From: Candidatus Latescibacterota bacterium | Lineage (GTDB): Bacteria; Latescibacterota; UBA2968; UBA8231 | Direction of reading: 5' to 3' | Assembly: GCA_964291625.2 (NCBI GenBank) | Contig: OZ220090.1 | Location: forward strand, 96,001 to 160,000 | DNA: 64,000 bases | Shown: positions 9,661 to 18,800 of the stretch, piece by piece | How positions within the stretch are numbered: position 1 is the first letter of the stretch | Layout of the letters: every line of letters starts with the position of its first letter | Program-made: the position numbers and the translations under genes | The notes under the pieces: generated by a model | Databases searched by the model: none | The model's input: the letters and a program-made list of their open reading frames with translations, nothing else | What the model was told of the DNA's origin: nothing

Positions 9661-11627
9661 GCCAGGGCGCCGCCCAGGCGCCGACACGCGCCCCGCCCCG
9701 CCGCCTGAGGACCCTGGCCCTCGGCCTGGCCGGCTGCCTGTGCATCGGCCTCGGCACCCAGTTCGGGGAGATGATCACCGGTGGGTCGCGGATGGCCAGC
9801 GGCTTCACCACCGGGGCCGCCCTGGTCCTGCTCTTCCTGATCGCCGGCGGGCTCAACCCGGCCCTGAAGCTCCTGCGCCCGGCCTGGGCCCTGCGGCGCG
9901 GCGAGCTGATGGTGGCCCACGGCATGATGATGGTCGCCTGCGCCCTGCCCACGACCGGGCTGGTCGCCTATCACCTGCCGATCCTGATCCTCGCCTTCTA
10001 CTACGCCACCCCGGAGAACGAGTGGGCCGAGGTGATCCACCCCCACGTCCCGGAGTGGATGGCGCCGCGGGACCCCGGGGCGATCCGCTACTTCTTCGAG
10101 GGGTTGCCCGAAGGGGAGGCGATCCCCTGGGACGCCTGGGTCCTGCCCCTGGCCTGCTGGGCCGCCTTCTTCGCCGCCCTCTACCTCGTGATGATCTCGG
10201 TGGCCGTCATCCTGCGCCGCCAGTGGATGGAGGCGGAGCACCTCGTCTACCCGGTGGCCCAGGTGCCCCTGGCCATGTCCCGCGACGAGCCGGGCTCGGC
10301 GGTCAATCCCTTCTTCAAGAGCTGGCTCATGTGGCTGGGCTTCGCCCTGCCCGTGCTGCTCACGACGACCGAGGCCCTGCACCAGTACGACCCCTCCTTC
10401 CCGTCGGCCCGGGGCCTCCTCTACCCCGGCACCAGCCTGCCGATCCTGAGGAACACCACGTCCATCGGCTTCCTCCTCAGCTTCCCGATCCTCGGGTTCT
10501 CGTACCTGGTCCGCCTGGACATCGCCTTCGGCCTGTGGTTCTTCAACCTCCTGGCCAAGCTCCTGCTGGGGGTCTTCCGGGTCACGGGGATCCACAGCAC
10601 CGAGCACCTCGACTTCGCCGCCAACTCGCCGATCCTGGCGCACCAGGGGATGGGGGCGATGATCGTCCTTTGCCTCGGGGGTCTGTGGGTCGCCCGCGGC
10701 CACCTGAAGGGCGTGCTGCGCGCGGCCCTCGGCCGGCGGGAGGGGGGGACGGACGACAGCGGCGAGATCATGTCGTACCGCGCCGCCGTGTTCGCCTGCC
10801 TGGGCGGCTCCGCCTTCATGCTCCTCTTCCTGCGCGCCGGCGGCTTGCCCCTGTGGGCGGGGGCGACGATGCTGCTCGTCGCCTTCGTCCTCTTCGTCGG
10901 CATCACCCGGATCGTCGTCGAGGGGGGGATGGCCTCGTGCCGGGCGCCGCTGATCGCCCCCAACTTCGTCGTCTCGGGGATGGGGGCCGGCGCCGTGGGG
11001 GCGCCGGGCCTGACGACCTTGGTCTACACCTACTCCTGGACCGGCGACATCCGCACCTTCGTCATGGCCTCCGCGGCCCACGCCCTCAAGCTCCTCGACG
11101 AGGTGCGGGAAGCCGGCGGGCGCCGCTGGGTCTTCTGGTGCCTGGCCGCGGCCGTGGCGGTGACCACCTCGGCCTCGTGCTGGATCATGCTGAGGCTGGC
11201 CTACGAGCACGGGGGGACCAACCTCAACGCCGGCTACTTCCAGCACATCACCATGATTCCCATCCGCTACCTCGACTTCTACCTCAAGAACCCGGCGCCC
11301 CCCAACTGGGACGGCTGGATGCACACCGGCCTCGGCGCCGGGGTGATGGCCGTGCTCATGTTCGTGCGCCAGCGCTTCCTGTGGTGGCCCCTGCACCCCC
11401 TGGGGCTGCCGATCAGCGCCACCCGGATCATGGACCTGGTCTGGTTCAGCGTCTTCCTGGCCTGGCTCGCCAAGCTGACGATCCTCCGCTACGGGGGCCC
11501 GCGGCTGTTCCTGCGGCTGCGCCCCTTCTTCCTGGGCATGATCCTCGGGCAGTTCGTGGTGGCGGGTCTGTGGATCGTCATCGACTACCTTACCGGCATG
11601 AGAGACAACATGGTCTTCGTCATCTGA
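9657..11627 (+). CDS. DUF6785/DUF6784-like polytopic membrane protein (putative transporter)
   Basis: ATGA overlap start; many TM segments; motifs YYATPENEW, RRQW...E.L.YP, WWPLHPLG, LRYGG...RPFFLG. Confidence 0.8.
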   Translation: MSQGAAQAPTRAPPRRLRTLALGLAGCLCIGLGTQFGEMITGGSRMASGFTTGAALVLLFLIAGGLNPALKLLRPAWALRRGELMVAHGMMMVACALPTTGLVAYHLPILILAFYYATPENEWAEVIHPHVPEWMAPRDPGAIRYFFEGLPEGEAIPWDAWVLPLACWAAFFAALYLVMISVAVILRRQWMEAEHLVYPVAQVPLAMSRDEPGSAVNPFFKSWLMWLGFALPVLLTTTEALHQYDPSFPSARGLLYPGTSLPILRNTTSIGFLLSFPILGFSYLVRLDIAFGLWFFNLLAKLLLGVFRVTGIHSTEHLDFAANSPILAHQGMGAMIVLCLGGLWVARGHLKGVLRAALGRREGGTDDSGEIMSYRAAVFACLGGSAFMLLFLRAGGLPLWAGATMLLVAFVLFVGITRIVVEGGMASCRAPLIAPNFVVSGMGAGAVGAPGLTTLVYTYSWTGDIRTFVMASAAHALKLLDEVREAGGRRWVFWCLAAAVAVTTSASCWIMLRLAYEHGGTNLNAGYFQHITMIPIRYLDFYLKNPAPPNWDGWMHTGLGAGVMAVLMFVRQRFLWWPLHPLGLPISATRIMDLVWFSVFLAWLAKLTILRYGGPRLFLRLRPFFLGMILGQFVVAGLWIVIDYLTGMRDNMVFVI

Positions 11628-11639
11628 CGGGGGAGGGAG

Positions 11640-12410
11640 ATGGAGCGGATCGACTTCCAGAGCTGGATGCCCGGGGCCTTCGACGGGAAGCCCTTCGGCC
11701 CGGGGGACCTCGAGGCGTTGCAGGAGGAGGCCGCCGTCGGGCGCTGCGTCGTCATGCCCGAGGCGGAGGACCGGCCCGACAACGACGGCCTGGCCGCCCG
11801 CATCCGGGGCCGGGCCCGCATGGTCGGCTGCGCCAGCGTGAATCCGCGGCTCGGGGCGCAGGCGGTGGAGGAGCTGGAGCGGGCCGTCGTCGAGCTGGGG
11901 TTCCGGGGGCTGCGCCTGTTCCCGGCGGACCACGGCTATCCCGTGGACGGCGGGGAGGTGGATCCCGTGCTGGACAAGGCTCGCGAGCTTGGGATCCCCG
12001 TCACCGTGGACGGATGCCGCGAGAACTGCGAGCCCGCCCGGATCGCCGCCGGGGCCGCCAGGTTCCCGGAGGTGCCCTTCATCGTCGACGTGGGGTTCCG
12101 CCCGAGCGCGCCCCCGGCGTCGATGCAGGTGCCCCTGCCTCCCGAGGGCCGCATCGCCGAGACCGCCCGCGAGACGCCCAACCTCTACCTGGGGCTCACC
12201 GCCATGGCGGCGGTGGAGCTCTACTGCATCAAACGGCTCATGGGGGTCTGCGGGCCGGAGAAGCTGGTCTTCGGCTCCAACGCTCCCTGGGGCCTGCCCC
12301 GGCTGGCGGTGCGCGGCTTCGAGATGGTCCGCCTGCCCCGCCGCCAGGAGGAGGCGGTCCTGGGCGGCACCCTCGCCGCCCTCTACGGGATCTCCGGAGA
12401 GGAGGGCTGA
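11640..12410 (+). CDS. Amidohydrolase_2 family protein with degenerate metal site
   Basis: GGGAGGGAG RBS; GCASVNPR, GFRGLRL, VFGSNAPW; the beta-1 HxH motif is replaced (IDFQSW). Confidence 0.75.
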   Translation: MERIDFQSWMPGAFDGKPFGPGDLEALQEEAAVGRCVVMPEAEDRPDNDGLAARIRGRARMVGCASVNPRLGAQAVEELERAVVELGFRGLRLFPADHGYPVDGGEVDPVLDKARELGIPVTVDGCRENCEPARIAAGAARFPEVPFIVDVGFRPSAPPASMQVPLPPEGRIAETARETPNLYLGLTAMAAVELYCIKRLMGVCGPEKLVFGSNAPWGLPRLAVRGFEMVRLPRRQEEAVLGGTLAALYGISGEEG

Positions 12411-12411
12411 C

Positions 12412-13158
12412 GTGAGGATCTTCGACTGCGAGGCCTACCTGCCCAACAGCGGCAATCCCTATCTCTGCGGCGACTCCTTCGAGCCGGCGGACCTGATCCG
12501 CATCGTGGACGAGGTCGACACCGAGGCCGTCCTGACCATCCCCGCCCCCGAGGCGCCCCTGGAGGGCTCGGGATGGGAGCCGACGAACAACCGCACCCTG
12601 AGGTGGGCCATGGACGAGTACCCCGGCCGCCTCCTCGGCTGCTGCGTCGTCAGGCCCGCCGACGGCCAGGCGGCCGTGGACGAGTTCGTGATGACCGTGA
12701 AGGAGTGGGGGTTCTCGGGGCTGAAGTACGCCCCGGGCCTGGAGGGCACGGCGGCGGACCTGGCACGGGCCGCCGAGGAGATGGAGGTCCCCGTCACCAT
12801 CCACACCAACGGATCGGCTGTGCTCTACGAGCGCATCGCCGCCCTGGCCCGCCGCCATCCCCGCCTGGAGATGGTCCTGGAGCACATGGGGTACCGCTTC
12901 AACGTGGACCTGGCCATCGACCTGGCCCGCCGCTTCGGGAACGTCCACCTCGCGCCCACGGTGACCGCCGCGGCGGAGCCTCTCGCCGTGCGCAAGGCGA
13001 TCGACGAGGTCGGGGCGGAACGGGTCGTCTTCGGCTCCAACGCGCCCTGGGTGGCCCCCGTCCTCGGCGTCGAGGGGATCCGCAGCCTGGAGCTGGGCGC
13101 GGCGGCGGAGGAGCTGATCTTCCGCGAGAACTTCCGGAGGATCTACCGGCTGCCCTGA
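12412..13158 (+). CDS. Amidohydrolase_2 family protein
   Basis: GTG start 1 nt after the previous stop, with GAGGAGG RBS; GFSGLKY, PVTIH, LEHMG, VFGSNAPW; beta-1 reads FDCEAY. Confidence 0.75.
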   Translation: MRIFDCEAYLPNSGNPYLCGDSFEPADLIRIVDEVDTEAVLTIPAPEAPLEGSGWEPTNNRTLRWAMDEYPGRLLGCCVVRPADGQAAVDEFVMTVKEWGFSGLKYAPGLEGTAADLARAAEEMEVPVTIHTNGSAVLYERIAALARRHPRLEMVLEHMGYRFNVDLAIDLARRFGNVHLAPTVTAAAEPLAVRKAIDEVGAERVVFGSNAPWVAPVLGVEGIRSLELGAAAEELIFRENFRRIYRLP

Positions 13159-13228
13159 GGCCGCTCCGGCCTCGACGAAGCGGCATCCGCCCCGGCGCCC
13201 CGGAAGAAGCGGCTCCCCGGACCGGCCC

Positions 13229-14581
13229 TCACGGAGCGCAGCCGCCCACCGCCGCGAGCTGGCCCTCGACAAACGCCTCGGCCCGCTCGTTCTCGGCCTC
13301 CGGGTCGCAGATCCCGCGCAACTCCGCCTCCAGGCCGCGGGCGACGCCGCCCTCGGCCTCGTAGCGGTCCTCCAGCTCGCCCGGGTCGTCGACCACGTGG
13401 AAGAGCTGGTGCGGGGCCTTCACGTGGTGGATCAGCTTCCAGGGCCCGCGGCGGATCATGTAGCTGCTGGCCCGGGTGCCGTGGCCGTGGTACTCGCTGA
13501 AGACGGCGCGCGTGTCGTCGTGGTCGCGGACCGTCTGCAGCGGCTGGCCGTGGCGGTCGCCGGGCATGGGGACCCCGGCGCTGGCGAAGAGGCTCGCCTG
13601 CAGGTCCATCAGGCTCACCGGGGTGCTCACGCGGCCCCGGCCGTCGAAGTCCGGCCCCGCCGCGATCAGCGGCACCCGCGCCGAGTCCTCGTAGAGCGAG
13701 CACTTCCACCACATGCCGAAGCGGCCGAGCATCTCCCCGTGGTCCGAGCAGTAAACCAGGTTCGTCGTCTCCCGGAGGCCGGCGGTCTCGACGGCTGCCC
13801 TCAGTCGGCCGAGTTGCTGGTCGACCCAGTCCACGCACGCCAGGTAGCCCCGCCGCAGGCCCCTCCTCTGGGCCTCCCTGAACCCGTCGGTCTGGAAGTG
13901 GGCCCGCAGGTCGGCCGCCCGCGGGTGCCGGCCCGTGGGGTGCTCCGGACCGGGCTCGGGCAGGTCGTCGCAGCCGGAGTACTTCTCCCACAGCTCAGGC
14001 GTGGCCACGTGGGGGAAGTGGGGCGGGCCGACGCTGACGAACAGGACCCAGGGCCGGTCCAGGTTCGGGGCCGTGTCCCGGAGCCAGTCGAGGGCGGCGC
14101 CGACGACCCGTCCGGGCCGCTCGAAAGCGTCCGGCTTCCCGCCGTAGCCGTCGGCCCTCTGGCGGGCCCCCGCGCGGATCACCAGCGGGTTCCGGCGGCA
14201 TTCCCGATCCCCTGGCGGGCGGTGGTCCGAGGGGTGGACCACTTCGCTGTAGCCCAGCTCCTCCACCGGCCGCCACAGGTGCGCCTTGCCCATGTGCACG
14301 GTGTGCACGCCGTGTTGCCGCAGAATGCTCCCGAAGCTGGTCAGCCCGGCCGGCAGGTTGACGTTGCAGTTGTTGTAGCAGCGGCTCTCATGGACGTAGC
14401 GCCCGCTGTGGAAGGCGGACCTCGCCGGCAGGCACAGGGGCGAGGGGGTGTAGGCGTGCTCGAAGAGGGCTCCCTCCTCGGCCAGGGCCCGCATGTGCGG
14501 CGTCTCGACAACACCGTGTCCGTAGGGCTCGCTGAAGAGCGGGTTGTGCTCGTCGGACATGAAGACGACGGTGTTGGCCAT
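13229..14581 (-). CDS. Sulfatase (choline-sulfatase-like)
   Basis: MSDEHN, SPLCLPAR (CxPxR), GKAH, PHFP, SDHGEMLG, WWK..LYEDSARVPLI. Confidence 0.9.
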   Translation of the reverse strand: MANTVVFMSDEHNPLFSEPYGHGVVETPHMRALAEEGALFEHAYTPSPLCLPARSAFHSGRYVHESRCYNNCNVNLPAGLTSFGSILRQHGVHTVHMGKAHLWRPVEELGYSEVVHPSDHRPPGDRECRRNPLVIRAGARQRADGYGGKPDAFERPGRVVGAALDWLRDTAPNLDRPWVLFVSVGPPHFPHVATPELWEKYSGCDDLPEPGPEHPTGRHPRAADLRAHFQTDGFREAQRRGLRRGYLACVDWVDQQLGRLRAAVETAGLRETTNLVYCSDHGEMLGRFGMWWKCSLYEDSARVPLIAAGPDFDGRGRVSTPVSLMDLQASLFASAGVPMPGDRHGQPLQTVRDHDDTRAVFSEYHGHGTRASSYMIRRGPWKLIHHVKAPHQLFHVVDDPGELEDRYEAEGGVARGLEAELRGICDPEAENERAEAFVEGQLAAVGGCAP

Positions 14582-14622
14582 GGCTGGACAGCCGCGCAGC
14601 GCGGCTCGTGTGGCGGGCGCGC

Positions 14623-15621
14623 CTAGTCGAGCCCCAGCAGCCGGGCGGCGTTGTCGTGGAAGACGTCCTCCACCTGGCGGTCCGTGAGCCCCACCGCCTG
14701 GCACGCCCACTTCAGCGACCGCAGGTGCTCCAGGATGATGAGCACCGGCCGGATGGTGGTGTGCTTCTCCTGCCACACCGGGGCGTCGTCGTAGAGCCAC
14801 AGGAAGGTGTCGGCCACGGGCACGCTGCGGCCGTGCTGGTGGCTGGCGGGTCCGAAGTCGGTGCCCATCATGAAGCGCTCGTGGCCGATGATCCTGAGGA
14901 TCGCCACGTGGGCCATGGCGTCGCAGTTGGCGCTGGAGTCGAAGTAGAGGTTGTCCAGGCCCCGCAGCGCCGGCAGGCCGTCGAAGTTGTGGGCCGGCTG
15001 GAAGCCCCGGGCCGAGTGGGCCAGGACCAGCCTCATGTCCGGGTAGGTCTCGCAGTAGTGGCGGATCCAGTGCTGGTTGCCCGGGTCGGCGGCGGCCCGG
15101 CTCTTGACCATGTGGAGGGTGATGATCCAGCCCTCCTCGTGGGCCACCCGCACCAGCTCCTCCGGCAGGTAGGCGGGGATGTCGGCCTCCCAGGTCGGCC
15201 TGGTGCGCGAGAAGGTGTGGTAGCACTTCAGGCCCCGCAGTCCGAGGCGCTTCCCCTGCTCCCGCACCCACTCCGGGTCGTCGCCGGGCCGGATCAGGAA
15301 GGCCCCCGCGAACCGGGGCCGGCCGGCGATCGTGTCCGAGACCCACTCGGACTGCAGCAGGGAGGTCTCGGGATCCCGGAGCGCCACCGTCGGCAGGATC
15401 CAGGCGCCCACCTCCCGCCCCGGGAAGACCGGCTCGATCAGCTTCAGGTACTCGTCGCAGCCCACGTCCTCCGGGAACCCGGGGGGCGTCATGGCCCGGT
15501 TCGATTCCCGGCTCCACAGGTGGCAGTGCATGTCGAAGACGCGCTCCGGGAGGAAGGCGGCCAGCTCGCGCTCGAAGAACTCCTGGTCGTGCTCCTGGAA
15601 GGACGCTAGGGGGTCCAGCAT
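14623..15621 (-). CDS. Amidohydrolase_2 family protein
   Basis: FDMHCH (intact HxH), GLKCYH, ITLH, LAHSARG, MGTD. Confidence 0.8.
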   Translation of the reverse strand: MLDPLASFQEHDQEFFERELAAFLPERVFDMHCHLWSRESNRAMTPPGFPEDVGCDEYLKLIEPVFPGREVGAWILPTVALRDPETSLLQSEWVSDTIAGRPRFAGAFLIRPGDDPEWVREQGKRLGLRGLKCYHTFSRTRPTWEADIPAYLPEELVRVAHEEGWIITLHMVKSRAAADPGNQHWIRHYCETYPDMRLVLAHSARGFQPAHNFDGLPALRGLDNLYFDSSANCDAMAHVAILRIIGHERFMMGTDFGPASHQHGRSVPVADTFLWLYDDAPVWQEKHTTIRPVLIILEHLRSLKWACQAVGLTDRQVEDVFHDNAARLLGLD

Positions 15622-15866
15622 GGGGGGGCGGCTCCGGAGATGTGGTGGTGGGCGGGGCGCAAGGCTAAGGGCGGGCAGGGGCTCCCGCAAAGCCGGTCCC
15701 GCCGCGGCTGTCGGGGGCTTGGGTTCGCGCCATCCGCCCCGGCGCCGCTTGCGGACGCGGGCCTCGGCTCCGGGAGCCGCTCCGGGCGCGCCAGCTCCGG
15801 CCCCGGGCTTCGGGCGCCCGGTCTGCGCTACGCTGCCCCTACCCTCGTGCGGGTGGTCATATGCTA

Positions 15867-18800
15867 CTACCGCACCAGGACGAACTTGCGGGCCCACACC
15901 TTCTCGGCGGTGACCAGCCGGTAGAGGTAGACGCCGCTGGCCAGGGGACGTCCCCGGTCGTCGCGGCCGTCCCAGTGCAGGCGGTGAGGGCCGGCCTCGT
16001 GGTGGCCCCGGCTCAGGACCGCCACCCGCTGGCCGTTCAGGGCGAACACCTCCAGCCGCGCCGGCCCCGGCTGCAGCAGGAACCAGCTGATGACGGTCCC
16101 GCTGTTGAAGGGGTTGGGCCAGTTCTGCTGCAGTTGCGGGCCATCGGGCAGACCGATCATCTCCCGGGCCAGGGCCAGCAGCCTGGCCCGCGCCGGCTGG
16201 CCGAAGCTCTCGGCGAAGAGGAAGAAGTCGGCGAAGTCGACCGTGCCGCTGGCGTCGAGGTCGAAGCGGGGGTCGCTGCCGCCGAAGGCCTCTGCGAAGA
16301 GGAAGAAGTCGGAGAAGCCGACCTCGCCGTCGCCGTCGAAGTCAAGGCTCGCCTTGGCGGTAACGGTGAAGGTCACCGGCTCCAGGTCGCCCACGGTGAC
16401 CTCCACGGTGTTCGATCCGGGAGCCAGGCCCAGGGTCAGGGTGGTGGCCGCCCGGCCTCGGGCATCGGTGGTGACCGTCTCGACCGAGACCGTCCCTCCG
16501 CCGCCGGTGACCGCGAAGGTGACCTGTGCGCCAGCGAAGGGATCGCCGATCTCGTCCCTCACTTCAACGATCAGCTTTCCTGGAAGGAGGGCACCGGGTT
16601 CGCCCTCCTGGTCGTCCCCCGAGACGATCCCCAGTGTATGGGGTGTCGGGGTGAGGTCCCACAGCAGCCCCGTGCCGTCCCCGGATCCGGAGGCAAGGGT
16701 AGTGCCGTCGCGGGAAAAGGTCAGGTGATGGACCCCCGCGATGTGTCCCTCGAGAGTGAGGGCTCTCTTCCAGGTTTCCGTGTCATACAGCACCACGGTT
16801 CCGTCCTGGGGTCCGGCGGCGAGGGTGCCACCGTCGGGGGAGAAGGCCAGGGAGTACACCTCCCGGTGCCCCCCAAGCGTGGCGATCTCCTTCCGGGAAC
16901 TCACCTCCCACAGCCTGACCTCGCCGTCGCTGTTCCAGGATCCGGTGGCGAGCGTGGCGCCATCGGCAGAGAAGGCCACGACGGCGACGTATCCCGTATG
17001 GTGGAAAGTGGCGATCTCCTGCCTGGTACCTACCTCCCAAAGCCGGGCGGTCTCATCCCAGGCGCCGCTGGCGAGGATGGCGCCATCGGGGGAGAAGGCC
17101 ACGGAACTGACGGGACCCGTATGCCCTGCCAACAGGGCGATGCTCTCGCCCTCGGCCACGTCCCACAGCCGGATGTTCTCCCAGTATCCAGCGGCGAGGA
17201 CGGAGCCATCCGGGGAGAACGCCACGGACTGAACGTCCCTGTCAGCTCCCTGAAGAGTGGAGATGGCTCGCATACTGGCCACATCCCACAGCGTGACTCT
17301 CTCCCGCTCTCCGACTGCGAGGATGGTGCCGTCAGGCGAGAAGGCCAGCCCGTACGCCCTCTTGCTCTCGAGAGTGGCCGCATCCCGGCCCGTCCTGACG
17401 TCCACCAGCCGTGTCGAGTTCACCGAGGCGATAGCCACGGTTCCGCCATCGGGGGACAGGGCCAGGGCCCCCGATGCATGCCCCGGAATCCGGCCGGCAC
17501 TCCCTGTCTCGATCTCCCACAGCCGGATGTCATCCCACGATACCGACGCAAGGGTGCGACCGTCGGGGGAGAACGCCACGGCCTCGACCGAAGTTGAAAG
17601 ATCAAAGGTGGCCGCAACCCCTCCCGTGGCGGCGTCCCACACGCGGGCCGTCCTGTCGTAGGAGCCGCTGGCGAGGGTGGACCCGTCGGACGAGAAGGCC
17701 AGGGAGCTGATCCTGCCCGTATGCCCCGCCAGGGTGGCTCTCTCCCGGCCCTGGTCGATGTCCCACAGCTTGAGCGTGCTCCCCGACCCGATGGCGAGGG
17801 TGGCGCCGTCGGGCGACAGGGCCACGGAGAAGACCTCCGTCCCATCGTCGAGTGCGGGTGCCGAATGAGTCATGACGAGGTTCCCCGAGGCCACGTCCCA
17901 CAGCATGACCGCGTTCCTCCCCGTCAGGGTGAGGGTGGTGCCGTCCGGCGAGAAGGCCAGGGACCCGGAGGCGTCAGCGGCTGCACTCCACAACTCGCGC
18001 CCGTCGGCGACATCCAACAGCTTGAGCGCACTCCACGACCCGATGGCGAGAGTGGCGCCATCCGGCGAGAAGGCCACGGAATGGACCTCACCCCCATGTC
18101 CGTAGAGAGTCGTGCTCTCGCCGCGGGACACGTCCCAAAGCACCACGCGGCCGTCCCGGGATCCGGCGGCGACGGTGCCGTCGGGCGAGATGGCCGCGGA
18201 GGTGATCCAGGCACCCGGCAGCAGGTCGATGGCACGGGCCGTGGCCGCGTCGTACAGCCAGGTACCGATGCTGGCGGCCACGGCGAGACGCCGGCCGTCG
18301 GGCGAGAACGCAGCAGGTACACCACCGGCAATCCCGCCTCGGCCCAGGCGAACCGACGCCCGGTCCGGCAGATGCCACTTGTGGGGATCGCCCTCCCCGA
18401 CGGCGGGATCGGTCCGTTCAAGGGCGACGAGGCGGAAGGTCACGGGATCGGCCTTGAGCAGTCTCGCCTCGATGGTGATTGGCCCCGGCACTGAGCCAAG
18501 GGTGAGCAGGGCCACGGCCCGGCCGTTGGCATCGGTCTCGATGGTCTCAATGGTGAACCTGCCATCCAGCCGGCCATCGCCCTGGGTGACGGCAAACGTG
18601 ACAGGTGCGCCCGCAATCGCCTCTCCATACTGGTCCCGCACCTCCACCACCAGCGGATTCCCGAGAGGCGCGCCGGGAGGTCCTTCCTGTCCGCCGCCCG
18701 AGATCTCCACCAGCTCATGGGGACGGGGCCGCTGCCACTCGGAGGCATCCCACACCTCGACCGCCTTCCATGTTCCGGTGGCGAGGGTTTCGCCGTCGGG

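Noticed and set aside
15622-15866. GC-rich intergenic gap as an ncRNA or riboswitch (also 25192-25455 and 44197-44474)
   Set aside because: No recognisable conserved RNA motif by eye; a covariance-model search would be needed
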